From positions 1 to 58,903 of the forward strand of contig JAFMNH010000002.1 in the NCBI GenBank assembly GCA_017859335.1: DNA of 58,903 bases, read 5' to 3'. Made by a program: the position numbers and the translations under genes. The notes under the pieces are model-generated. The model did not search any database and was not told the DNA's origin. It was given only the letters and a program-made list of their open reading frames with translations. Origin of the DNA: Rhodothermales bacterium. Lineage in GTDB: Bacteria > Bacteroidota > Rhodothermia > Rhodothermales > UBA10348. Below, one piece after another: positions 9,704 through 18,832 of this stretch (positions are counted from its first letter, which is position 1; the number at the start of each line of letters is the position of its first letter).

Positions 9704-9796
9704 CTACTTCTTCTTCTTGTGCCGGTTCTTGCGCAGGCGCTTCTTGCGCTTATGCGTGGCAATCTTGTGACGTTTACGTTTTTTACCGCAAGGCAT
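9704..9796 (-). CDS. 30-aa highly basic peptide, AURKAIP1/COX24-type (bS22-like ribosome-associated)
   Basis: ATG 9796 lies inside listed ORF 9704-9946. Product is MPCGKKRKRHKIATHKRKKRLRKNRHKKKK, 21 of 30 residues K/R/H. It matches my memory of the tiny basic peptides annotated this way in Bacteroidota and Actinobacteria. Confidence 0.65.
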   Translation of the reverse strand: MPCGKKRKRHKIATHKRKKRLRKNRHKKKK

Positions 9797-10206
9797 GAGC
9801 TTGTCCGCTGGCTGTAATGGATGGGGACGGGCGGGGTTGGACTCCCCGTGTCCGCTGTATGGATATTCGGGCCTGTTCAGCGCTGATCTAGCGCACCACA
9901 AACCGGCCAGAACAAAGAAAGTACGGCGATACGCTTTTTGGAGCAACTCACAGTACGCCCTTCAGTGCGTGGATTCCTTGAAGAAAAGGCGCATTTCCAC
10001 TCTTGGAACCCCGGATACGGTTCGCGACGTTAGGGGATAGCGGTTTGTTGCCCGGTACCTATGTATTTTCCGGACACCACTCGGCTCAATGGCGCCTTCG
10101 ATGTTCGCGGCGCCGTCCGTTTCAGGGGCGCTACCCCATCCCAGGCGCTCAGACATCTTCCCCCCTTCCCGGTACACGGAGTGTTCCGGGGCAACCCTTC
10201 CCAATC

Positions 10207-11010
10207 ATGGCTGTCGCACCGTACGAAATGAAGGAGATCGATGGCATGCGCTATGCGGAAGCCGGGCCTGCTTCTGGTGCGCCCCCTGTCTTGCTCCTGC
10301 ATGGCATGATGGGCACGGTGGACAACTGGAAATACCTTATTCCAGCGGTGGCTGAGGCAGGATACAGAATCGTGTGTCCCGTGCTTCCGATGTACAGCGT
10401 TCCGCTGCGGCAGGCGCATCTTCAGGGTATCGTGGATTTTGTGCACCGTTTCAGCGAGGCAGCAGGCCTTTCCAATGCCGTGGTTACCGGGAATTCGTTC
10501 GGGGGGCACGTGGCAGCCATGTATGCCATGCAGTTTCCGGAACGGGTGAAAGCCCTGGTGCTATCCGGAGCGTCGGGAATCTATGAGGTCGAAATGTCCT
10601 CTTCAGTCATGCGCCGATCCGACAAGAACTACCTGCGCCCCCGCGTCGAGAAAACGTTCTTCGATCCTGCACACGTTACCGATGCCCTGCTCGACGATGT
10701 CATCGATATCATCACGGACCGCGAGAAAGCGATTCGACTCATCAAGTTTGCCCGTGCCGTTGAGAAAACCCCTATCAAGGATTCATTAGGCCAGATCAGT
10801 GCGCCCACACTGCTCATTTGGGGCCGGCAGGACGAAATAACCCCGCCGGACGTGGCCGAGACGTTCCACGAGGGCATCGTCACCAGCGAGTTGCATTGGG
10901 TGGATGAGTGCGGGCACGTACCGATGCAGGAACAGCCCGATATCTTCAATAGCCTTTTCCTTGATTTCCTGAAGCGGACGGTGGGCATCGCCCGCAAGGC
11001 CTCTGCTTGA
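10207..11010 (+). CDS. alpha/beta hydrolase
   Basis: ORF 10003-11010 trimmed to ATG 10207 (MAVAPYEMKEIDG). Has the oxyanion block VLLLHGMMG, the nucleophile elbow GNSFGG and a C-terminal CGHVPMQEQP histidine block. Confidence 0.8.
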   Translation: MAVAPYEMKEIDGMRYAEAGPASGAPPVLLLHGMMGTVDNWKYLIPAVAEAGYRIVCPVLPMYSVPLRQAHLQGIVDFVHRFSEAAGLSNAVVTGNSFGGHVAAMYAMQFPERVKALVLSGASGIYEVEMSSSVMRRSDKNYLRPRVEKTFFDPAHVTDALLDDVIDIITDREKAIRLIKFARAVEKTPIKDSLGQISAPTLLIWGRQDEITPPDVAETFHEGIVTSELHWVDECGHVPMQEQPDIFNSLFLDFLKRTVGIARKASA

Positions 11011-11167
11011 TGACGAACCACGGGATCGGCTCCTCGGCTGAATCCCTCGGTCTACAGAGCATGTCATGGGTACACTTGGACCCATTCTTCCAACCGTCCA
11101 ACGAGATCCGTTTTCCTTCATCGGCCATCCCCGGTATGTTGGCATCGACAGAAACGATCCGCATCCC

Positions 11168-11614
11168 ATGACACGCCTTCTCTTTCTACTCTTCTGCGCC
11201 CTGGCGCTGCTCGGGTGCGACGCCCATTCCGCATCAGAGGATGACCCCTCTGAGGGGACCGGCCAGATCCTGATCGGAGGGTATGCTGTCGATCAATTGG
11301 AGGGGGACCCCTTCGATCTGCGTGCTGCCCGTATCGAAGGCACGCTTCTGCTCCTTGACGTTGCCTACTCCGGTGGCTGCGAGGAGCACGCTTTCTCCGG
11401 CTATACACCCGACGTAAACATCGCCATCTATCCGCCGCAGCTCTCTGTTTTTGTTGTTCATGATGGCATGGGAGATATGTGCGAGGCGTACATCACACAG
11501 ACGGTTTCACTGGATCTCCGTTCGCTGATTGATGCCTATGGGGACCTCTTCCAGCTTACAGTTGTCCCGGTAGACTCTCCATCAGGCATCATCATCCTGC
11601 AGAGCGGCACATGA
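11168..11614 (+). CDS. hypothetical lipoprotein
   Basis: Trimmed to ATG 11168. MTRLLFLLFCALALLGCDA has an LLGC lipobox. Confidence 0.55.
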   Translation: MTRLLFLLFCALALLGCDAHSASEDDPSEGTGQILIGGYAVDQLEGDPFDLRAARIEGTLLLLDVAYSGGCEEHAFSGYTPDVNIAIYPPQLSVFVVHDGMGDMCEAYITQTVSLDLRSLIDAYGDLFQLTVVPVDSPSGIIILQSGT

Positions 11615-12093
11615 AACGCCCGATTCTTTTCTTGGGGTTCGTTGTCCTGTTGTCCGGGTGTAGTCCCCGACTGAGTCCCCTCTACAGGGACTACGACGCT
11701 GGGCCCGAGGTCATGACCGAGGATAGCAGCGAGGTTGACGACGGAACCTCTATAATGGCACGCATCCGCTCAGCGCTGGTCGAAGCTGGTTGGGAGGTTG
11801 TTGAGCCGGTAACGCCCAATGTCGTGGCCACATCCTCACGAACGTTCCGGCAGTGGGGGCTCTACACGGTTACGGTTCAGTTGGAGGTTGCTCCGTTGAG
11901 TGGTCGTCACGTGCGCATGTTTGTGCATCCGTACCGCGTCTACGTGACGGGTGCCAAGCGAAAGATCCCCTACCTGCGAGGCAGTCTGGCCCGATCCGTC
12001 ATGCAGGATCTGCACGCTTCCTTTGATGCCTACGGCCTCGAGTACATCGGAACGGCGCAATCGCGAGACAAGCAGGTCACGCTGCTCGACTGA
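11611..12093 (+). CDS. hypothetical lipoprotein
   Basis: ATGA overlap with the previous gene. MKRPILFLGFVVLLSGCSP has an LSGC lipobox. Confidence 0.55.
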   Translation: MKRPILFLGFVVLLSGCSPRLSPLYRDYDAGPEVMTEDSSEVDDGTSIMARIRSALVEAGWEVVEPVTPNVVATSSRTFRQWGLYTVTVQLEVAPLSGRHVRMFVHPYRVYVTGAKRKIPYLRGSLARSVMQDLHASFDAYGLEYIGTAQSRDKQVTLLD

Positions 12094-12162
12094 ACGGGTT
12101 GTTGAGGGAAGCAGAAGGCGGTATATATGAGGACTGACACATTATCCTCTACCTCTCGCGCC

Positions 12163-14604
12163 ATGAAACGTCTTTGCTTCATTGTACTTGCCTTGGTTGT
12201 TGCCCTGCCGTCAGCTGCCCAGAACGGATATCAACAACCCGTCGACGCCCTGAGAGCCCTGGTCGATGCGCCTCTCGCCCCCTCCATGTCCTTGAGCCCG
12301 GACCGGAACATGATGCTGCTCATGGAGCGGCAGGCACTGCCGACGATTGCTGATTTGGCCGCACCTGAGATGCGCCTGGCTGGGACGCGCATCAATCCTC
12401 GGACGAATGGGCCAAGCCGGTCCACCGGCTACGTGTCGATGACGCTGACAACTGTCGATGGCGCGGACGAAAGGCGCGTTTCAGGCATTCCGGCCGGAAC
12501 CAGTATCGGGTCCGGCTCATGGGCCCCCGATGGCAGTGGCTATGTGTTTCCGGTCACGTTCCCGGACCGCATTGAACTGTGGTCGCTTGATGTGGCCTCG
12601 GCCTCCGCTCGGCGGCTGATCGATCAGCCGCTCAACGGTGTGGGTGGTGGGATGTTCACGTGGATGCCGGACTCTCGGACGCTGTTGGTGCGGGCCGTCG
12701 CGGCCGATCGCGGCGCCATGCCAACCGCACCTGAGGTCCCGGCCACGCCGGTCGTGCAGGAAAATGCAGGCGAGGCCGCGCCGGCCCGCACGTACCAGGA
12801 CCTCCTTGAGTCACCGTACGACGAGGATGTCTTTGAATGGTTCATGAGCAGCGACCTCCTGCGCGTCTCAATGGACGGCACGGTCACGAACCTGGGTCGA
12901 AGCGGCATGATTGCCTCCATGGATCCCTCGCCCGATGGCCGCTTCATCTTGATGGAGACCATGCTCCGCCCCTTCTCCTACCTGGTGCCCTACTACCGCT
13001 TTCCGAACCGGATCGAGGTTATTGATACCGACGGTGGTCTCGTGCAGCTGATTGAGGAGCAGCCGCTCCAGGAAAATGTCCCGACAGGCTTCGGTTCGAC
13101 GACCACCGGTATCCGATCCATCGGCTGGCGGCAGGATGCCGACGCCACCTTGGCATGGGTGGAAGCCCTCGACGGTGGCGATGCCAACGTCGAGGCCGAT
13201 CGGCGTGACGCGGTCAAGCAGCTGCCGCACCCGTTCACCGACGATCCGCTTACGCTGATTGAACTGCCGCTGCGCTCTGCCGGCATGATGTGGAGCGATG
13301 AGGGCTACATGCTGGCCGCCGAGCGCTGGACGGCAACACGCGAATTCAGGATGTACAAGGTGCCGACGAACGGCACGCGCATCGCCATCCAGACCGTCTT
13401 CGACTATTCGTATGAGGACCGCTACAACGACCCCGGTTCGCCTTTGATGGACACGGATGCAACCGGGCGACGTTTGCTCATGACGTCGGATGACGGACAG
13501 TCGATCTATCTGACCGGCACGGGCGCTTCGCCCGAAGGCAATCGCCCCTTCCTGCGTCGCTATGACCTGGGCAGCGGAGAGACGGAAGAACTCTTCCGCT
13601 CCGAAGCGCCCTGGTATGAGCGCTTTACAGATTGGCTGGATGAGGATGAAGGCACCTTCCTAACCCTGCGTGAATCGGTCAACGAGCCGCCGAACTACGT
13701 CAAGCGATCGGTAGGGTCGGACGATGTAACAGCCGTTACGAACTTCCCGCACCCGTATCCCGAACTGGAAGGCATTTCGAAAGAAACGATCTCCTACACC
13801 CGGGCAGACGGCGTGCCGCTGACGGCGGATCTGTACCTGCCCGCCGGTTATGATGCCTCCCGTGATGGTCCCCTGCCGACGCTTGTCTGGGCCTACCCGC
13901 GCGAATTCAAATCTGCGGCTGCAGCGGGGCAGGTATCCTCAACTCCGTACGCCTTCAAGCGCATTTCCTATTCGGGCGCGCTGCCGTACGTCACACAGGG
14001 CTATGCCGTGATGAACATTGCGGCCATGCCAATCATCGGGGAGGGCGATGAGCAGCCGAATGACACGTTCGTGGAGCAACTCGTGACGAGCGCCGAAGCG
14101 GTCATAAACGAAGGTGTCCGTCGCGGTGTGGTGGATCCCGACAGGGTGGCCATTGCCGGGCACTCGTACGGTGCGTTCATGACGGCCAACCTCTTGGCGC
14201 ACTCTGACCTTTTCCGAGCGGGTATCGCGCGCAGCGGCGCCTACAACCGCTCGCTGACGCCCTTCGGCTTCCAGGCCGAGCCGCGTACGTTCTGGGAGGC
14301 ACCCGAGATCTACTTCGCCATGAGTCCCTTCATGCATGCGCACAAGGTCAACGAGCCCATCCTGCTCATCCACGGGATGGCCGACAACAACTCGGGCACA
14401 TTCCCCGTGCAGAGCGAGCGCTTCTACCACGGTCTGAAGGGCAACGGCGCCACGGCCCGCCTGGTCATGCTGCCGCATGAAAGCCATGGCTACCGCGCCC
14501 GCGAATCCGTGCTGCACGTCCTCTGGGAGACGCACACCTGGCTCGACACCTACGTCAAGAACGCCCCGCCGCGGGTCGAGGTCAGCGAACCGACGGGGCG
14601 GTAG
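12163..14604 (+). CDS. S9 family serine peptidase (prolyl oligopeptidase/acylaminoacyl peptidase-like)
   Basis: Track ORF starts at ATG 12127, but ATG 12163 gives the signal peptide MKRLCFIVLALVVALPSAAQ. Long N-terminal propeller-like part, then GHSYGAFM (GxSxG), HGMADNN and ESHGY catalytic blocks. Confidence 0.85.
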   Translation: MKRLCFIVLALVVALPSAAQNGYQQPVDALRALVDAPLAPSMSLSPDRNMMLLMERQALPTIADLAAPEMRLAGTRINPRTNGPSRSTGYVSMTLTTVDGADERRVSGIPAGTSIGSGSWAPDGSGYVFPVTFPDRIELWSLDVASASARRLIDQPLNGVGGGMFTWMPDSRTLLVRAVAADRGAMPTAPEVPATPVVQENAGEAAPARTYQDLLESPYDEDVFEWFMSSDLLRVSMDGTVTNLGRSGMIASMDPSPDGRFILMETMLRPFSYLVPYYRFPNRIEVIDTDGGLVQLIEEQPLQENVPTGFGSTTTGIRSIGWRQDADATLAWVEALDGGDANVEADRRDAVKQLPHPFTDDPLTLIELPLRSAGMMWSDEGYMLAAERWTATREFRMYKVPTNGTRIAIQTVFDYSYEDRYNDPGSPLMDTDATGRRLLMTSDDGQSIYLTGTGASPEGNRPFLRRYDLGSGETEELFRSEAPWYERFTDWLDEDEGTFLTLRESVNEPPNYVKRSVGSDDVTAVTNFPHPYPELEGISKETISYTRADGVPLTADLYLPAGYDASRDGPLPTLVWAYPREFKSAAAAGQVSSTPYAFKRISYSGALPYVTQGYAVMNIAAMPIIGEGDEQPNDTFVEQLVTSAEAVINEGVRRGVVDPDRVAIAGHSYGAFMTANLLAHSDLFRAGIARSGAYNRSLTPFGFQAEPRTFWEAPEIYFAMSPFMHAHKVNEPILLIHGMADNNSGTFPVQSERFYHGLKGNGATARLVMLPHESHGYRARESVLHVLWETHTWLDTYVKNAPPRVEVSEPTGR

Positions 14605-14898
14605 GTCAACGCCGTGTGCCTTCAGGTGGGAGTTGATACTCCGGTAGGACGGCAGAAAATCGCTGATGTAAAAAAATCAAAGGAGCTTTTCCGCACCGTC
14701 ATAGAGGCGTAATGACCTCTGAATGAACCCGGTTCTGAGGAATCAGCAGGTCATCACGGTCTGCCGAGCTGAGTGCCGGAGGTGTCACGCAGAATGGCGC
14801 CGCACCTGTCGCCTGTGGGGGGGTATGGTGCTGGACCCATTCTGCAGATTGGATCGTGCGGAATACATTCTGAGTTCGAATCCGCAAATGATCGAATC

Positions 14899-14939
14899 GG
14901 GCCGACAGGCGTTCGCGCTGCCTGTCGGCCCATTTTTTT
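14899..14939 (+). terminator. Rho-independent terminator with no assigned gene
   Basis: GGGCCGACAGGC-loop-GCCTGTCGGCCC followed by A-TTTTTTT. Lies 295 nt downstream of the peptidase stop and 149 nt upstream of ssrA. Confidence 0.7.
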
Positions 14940-15087
14940 GTGGCGTATCGGGCCCATTCTGTCCTCATGAAACATTTGACCTGCCGTGCAACGTATCATG
15001 CAAGCATCAGCGCCTATTGGGGTTTTGAAAGCGCGGCGCGAGGAAACGAGCGCCAAAAGCCCGGATGGGCTTGTTCTTTACAAGATT

Positions 15088-15475
15088 GGGGATGTCACGG
15101 CTTCGACGGGTGATGAGTAAAGCAGACTGCGTGTCGAGCCTTCCAGGAGTGCTCGTAAATCCCTTCTGGAAAACCGACAAATGCCAACGATTACGCATTC
15201 GCGATGGCCGCTTAAGGTCGTATACGAACCTTAGCCTTGCTATCTGTTCACCAGCATGTCTGTCCATGGACGGCTGACTGAGCATCGACTCTCATGGAAT
15301 AGGTGACGCCACGCCGGCTGAGTAAGCGGCACCAAAATTCGATCAGCCTTTGTGCAGGCCTGGCCCAAGATGGCTGGCCACGGGACTGCATGAGCATTGA
15401 GTAAGCCAACTACACACGTAGACGTTTGACTGGACTGTCATTCGGACCCGGGTTCGACTCCCGGCATCTCCACCA
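15088..15475 (+). ncRNA. ssrA: transfer-messenger RNA (tmRNA)
   Basis: 5' GGGGATGTCACGGCTTCGACGGG pairs with 3' CATCTCCACCA, including the G3:U wobble. T-arm is CCGGGTTCGACTCCCGG. Internal tag frame GCC AAC GAT TAC GCA TTC GCG ATG GCC GCT TAA (stop at 15213-15215). Confidence 0.93.
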
Positions 15476-15502
15476 TGTGGGTCATTGCTGACCCCGCGGC
15501 GC

Positions 15503-15543
15503 GGGCCGCCTCCGATTCCGGAGGCGGCCCGTTCCTGTTTTTT
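15503..15543 (+). terminator. Rho-independent terminator of ssrA
   Basis: GGGCCGCCTCCG-ATTC-CGGAGGCGGCCC followed by a T-rich run ending TTTTTT. Confidence 0.8.
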
Positions 15544-15607
15544 CCGGGTAAACCCGCACCCTGCTCATGTGTATCAGGAGGGTTGCCCGCAATCACATCA
15601 AACCCAC

Positions 15608-16912
15608 GTGGAACTCTCGTTTCTATTGTTGCTGATTCTGGTCAATGGCATCTTTGCCATGGCTGAAATCGGCCTGGTCGCATCCAGAACAGCCCGTTTG
15701 CGCCGTATGGCCGACGGCGGCGATGCGGCAGCGGATGCCGCGCTTCGCCTGCGGGATGACCCGACCAAATTCCTCTCGACCGTTCAGATTGGAATTACGG
15801 CCATCGGCATCCTGAACGGCATTGTAGGAGAGTCCGTTTTTGCAGCTCCGCTATCCGTGCTTCTTCAACAGGCAGGTCTAGGCGCGGACGTCGCAGGAGT
15901 CGGGGCTACAGCACTCGTTGTGCTCAGTATCACCTACCTGACCATTGTTTTTGGAGAGCTGGTGCCCAAGCGTATTGCCCAGTTCCATGCAGAGGGGGTA
16001 GCACGGTTCATGGCGCGACCCCTTTCGATACTGGCCACCCTCTCTGCACCATTCGTGTATGTGCTTTCTGCAACCACTAATGGCGTCCTTCGCCTGTTGG
16101 GAAAGGGAGACCTCTCGAGCACGCACGTCACGGAGGAAGACATTCATGCTGTCCTTTTCGAAGGATCGCGTTCGGGTGCCATCGAAAAGCAGGAGCACGA
16201 CATGGTGCGCAATGTCTTCCGGCTGGACGATCGGCAGATAGCCTCCCTGATGACACCGCGCTCGGAAATCGTCTACCTCGACATCGAGGCGCCGTTTGCG
16301 GAAAGCCTGGACCGCTTGATGTCCTCTGACCACACCCGCTATCCGGTGTGCCGCGGCAGCCTCAACGACATCATGGGTGTCATCACGGCCAAGCGGCTTC
16401 TGAAGCAGCACCTGAAGGGTCAGATCGAGGATTTTACCCCATACTTGTTACCGGCGGTGTTCGTCCCCGAATCCATGACGGGTCTGAGGTTGCTTGAGCA
16501 GTTTCGCCAATCAGGCATGCAGGTGGTATTCGTCGTGGATGAGTATGGCGATGTCGTTGGTTTGGTGACATTGCAGGATTTGCTGCAGGCCTTGGCCGGG
16601 GAGTTCAAACCAACCAATCCTGCAGACGTCTGGGCGGTACAGCGGGACGATGGATCATGGCTGCTCGATGGCCTCATGCCTGTCATTGAGCTCAAGGATA
16701 CCCTACGCCTCAATGCAGTCCCGGACGAAGACCGCGGTCAATACCACACCCTGAGTGGAATGGTGATGTGGCTGTTGGGCCATGTCCCCACAACGGGCGA
16801 AAGGGCGTACTGGCAGGGCTGGGTGCTTGAGGTGGTGGATCTTGACGGCAATCGTATCGACAAGGTACTTGCCTTTCGAGACAAGACAGAGGGTACCTCG
16901 AACGAGGACTGA
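15608..16912 (+). CDS. hemolysin-family protein (CNNM/DUF21 TM domain, CBS pair, CorC/HlyC domain)
   Basis: The track start 15485 is a TTG inside the ssrA terminator. In-frame GTG 15608 gives VELSFLLLLILVNGIFAMAEIGLV, the usual DUF21 N-terminus. Downstream are CBS-like repeats and the C-terminal YHTLSGMVMWLLGHVP..G block. Confidence 0.8.
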   Translation: MELSFLLLLILVNGIFAMAEIGLVASRTARLRRMADGGDAAADAALRLRDDPTKFLSTVQIGITAIGILNGIVGESVFAAPLSVLLQQAGLGADVAGVGATALVVLSITYLTIVFGELVPKRIAQFHAEGVARFMARPLSILATLSAPFVYVLSATTNGVLRLLGKGDLSSTHVTEEDIHAVLFEGSRSGAIEKQEHDMVRNVFRLDDRQIASLMTPRSEIVYLDIEAPFAESLDRLMSSDHTRYPVCRGSLNDIMGVITAKRLLKQHLKGQIEDFTPYLLPAVFVPESMTGLRLLEQFRQSGMQVVFVVDEYGDVVGLVTLQDLLQALAGEFKPTNPADVWAVQRDDGSWLLDGLMPVIELKDTLRLNAVPDEDRGQYHTLSGMVMWLLGHVPTTGERAYWQGWVLEVVDLDGNRIDKVLAFRDKTEGTSNED

Positions 16913-16916
16913 TGCC

Positions 16917-18722
16917 CTAGTAGACGATGAAGAGGCGGCTCGCAGCCGAAGCGCGGGCCACGTATACACCCGATACCAAATCGGATATGTCCACGCGGCC
17001 TCCAACATCCTCAAGAATGCGCCGGCCGAGGATGTCATACACATCAACGCGTCCTTCCGGTATGATGATATGGTCTGAGGCAGGGTTGGGGTAGAGGGTG
17101 ATGGAGGGGACCACCGGCGAGGCCTCGACGGCGCTACTCAGCGGATCCACGTAGGCATTCGGGGAAAGGCGACGGTTCAGCAGGGCCAGGACCGGTCCTG
17201 CTACGACCTGACGGGCATCGGCCGTGTCGGGAGTGCGAAGGGTCAAGGTAAAGGGACCCTGCTGCACGAATGTGGTCCGAAGGTGCACCCACCGGGAGGG
17301 GCCGCCATCGAGTCGCTGGTCTACGGGTGCAACCACCGGCAGGTCGGAAAACGCGGAGAGCAGCGCGTTGTCCGAAACCATCTCTACCGTATCCGGAATC
17401 CACATGAACAGATCGTAGCTGCCCGCTGCAGGCGCTTCGCCCTGCCAAGAGGCTTCTGATCCCGACCCATGAAGGGCTGTCAGGACGGGTGAGTCATCGG
17501 GTCCGATGGTGCCGAGGGTAGTCCACGAGCCATCTCCTGTAACGGGATGCATCGGGGTACTTTCAGGTCGCCAATCCCCCGTCCGTCCCGGAAGCTGCGC
17601 CCGCTCGGCGTACCATGTGGCATGAAGATCCTCAGCCAGGAAATCATTGTTGGCGCCAAGCCCCTCGTAGAAGAAAAACGATTCCCCGTCCAGACCGAGG
17701 TTTCGGTGGACCTCCATCATGGCCAGTACGCGGTCTGGATCCACGAGATCGCTGCCAGCCTTGATCAACAAGCCTGGATAGAGATTCTCGCGCTGGTCGG
17801 ATGGAATGTATCCGAGGAAATCTCCCGGCACGGTACCAATCATATCATGGACCAGGGATCGATAGGCATCCACAGACCGGGGTGGTGGCGGGTACAGCTG
17901 AGGGTGAACGATATCCGCATACCCGTTCGCAATCCATGCGGGCCAGTCCTGCAGATAGTTCTCCCGACTCCAGGGCCACACAGAAGGTGAAAAGACGACC
18001 TTCAGATTGGGATCGATGCCTTTGACGTGGTTGTGGATGGCGCCGGCAAATGCGGTAAGTTTGTCGGCGCGCCACTGTACCCAGTCCGCATCGGTTTCGT
18101 CCGGAGGCGGGTCCGTGCCACCGTGTTCGCTTCGATACAACTGTTGGACGACCTCCGAATAGCCTCCTTCGTTGGGCATGGCGGGCAGGCGGTCGTCGCC
18201 TTGGATGCCATCCACGTCGTAGGCCAGGATCTCTGTCATCAGATCCAGGAGGAACTGCTGCACATCGGGATTGAGGCCGCTCATCCAGAAGAAGCCATTC
18301 TTTTCAACCCGTGAGCCGATAAAAGTGCGTGCAGCCCAGTCGGGACGCGCTGCCAGGATTGGCCCGCCATCCTGACCGTAGCTGGCTGCAAAACCGTATT
18401 CCATCCACGGAATGACCTCTATACCGAAACGGTGGGCCTCGATGATGACCTCCTGCAGGACGTCCCGCTGGCCGATGGCAGGATCCCGGTCCACGCCGAT
18501 CACGGATTCGAGTGTGGAGGACGGGTAGAGCGTGTACCCGCCATTCCAGACCACAGGGTAGACCACGTTGAAGCCGTTCTCGGCCAGATAGCGCATGCCC
18601 TCCTCGATATGTTCGCGACTCGAGAGGAGATCCGAGTCCACATCAGTCAGCCACACGCCGCGTACTTCCTGTGCAAAGGACGAGGGGGCGAAAAGCAGGA
18701 ACAGGAATACGATTCGTGACAT
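16917..18722 (-). CDS. glycoside-hydrolase-like GHL10 (UPF0748/YngK-type) protein with T9SS C-terminal sorting domain
   Basis: Trimmed to ATG 18722, giving the signal peptide MSRIVFLFLLFAPSSFAQ. EVRGVWLT..GFNVVYPVVWNGGYTLYPS is a GHL10-like TIM-barrel start. The C-terminal LYPNPASDHIIIP..VDVYDILGRRI..SGVYVAR matches the Por/T9SS CTD. Confidence 0.7.
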   Translation of the reverse strand: MSRIVFLFLLFAPSSFAQEVRGVWLTDVDSDLLSSREHIEEGMRYLAENGFNVVYPVVWNGGYTLYPSSTLESVIGVDRDPAIGQRDVLQEVIIEAHRFGIEVIPWMEYGFAASYGQDGGPILAARPDWAARTFIGSRVEKNGFFWMSGLNPDVQQFLLDLMTEILAYDVDGIQGDDRLPAMPNEGGYSEVVQQLYRSEHGGTDPPPDETDADWVQWRADKLTAFAGAIHNHVKGIDPNLKVVFSPSVWPWSRENYLQDWPAWIANGYADIVHPQLYPPPPRSVDAYRSLVHDMIGTVPGDFLGYIPSDQRENLYPGLLIKAGSDLVDPDRVLAMMEVHRNLGLDGESFFFYEGLGANNDFLAEDLHATWYAERAQLPGRTGDWRPESTPMHPVTGDGSWTTLGTIGPDDSPVLTALHGSGSEASWQGEAPAAGSYDLFMWIPDTVEMVSDNALLSAFSDLPVVAPVDQRLDGGPSRWVHLRTTFVQQGPFTLTLRTPDTADARQVVAGPVLALLNRRLSPNAYVDPLSSAVEASPVVPSITLYPNPASDHIIIPEGRVDVYDILGRRILEDVGGRVDISDLVSGVYVARASAASRLFIVY

Positions 18723-18832
18723 GGGTTCGGAAAAGCCGTTGGGCGCGGCACTGCGCCGGTGAGCGCAATGTCGCACAAATGAGGGTAATGATGAAGCGGA
18801 AAGGTTATCACAGCTCGAAAGCCCCGCGACTC

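Noticed and set aside
14860-14895. tRNA-like GAGTTCGAATCCGC T-loop string upstream of ssrA, as a possible tRNA fragment or att site
   Set aside because: No cloverleaf can be folded around it, there is no matching direct repeat of the ssrA 3' end, and no integrase is present. It was not called as a mobile-element scar.
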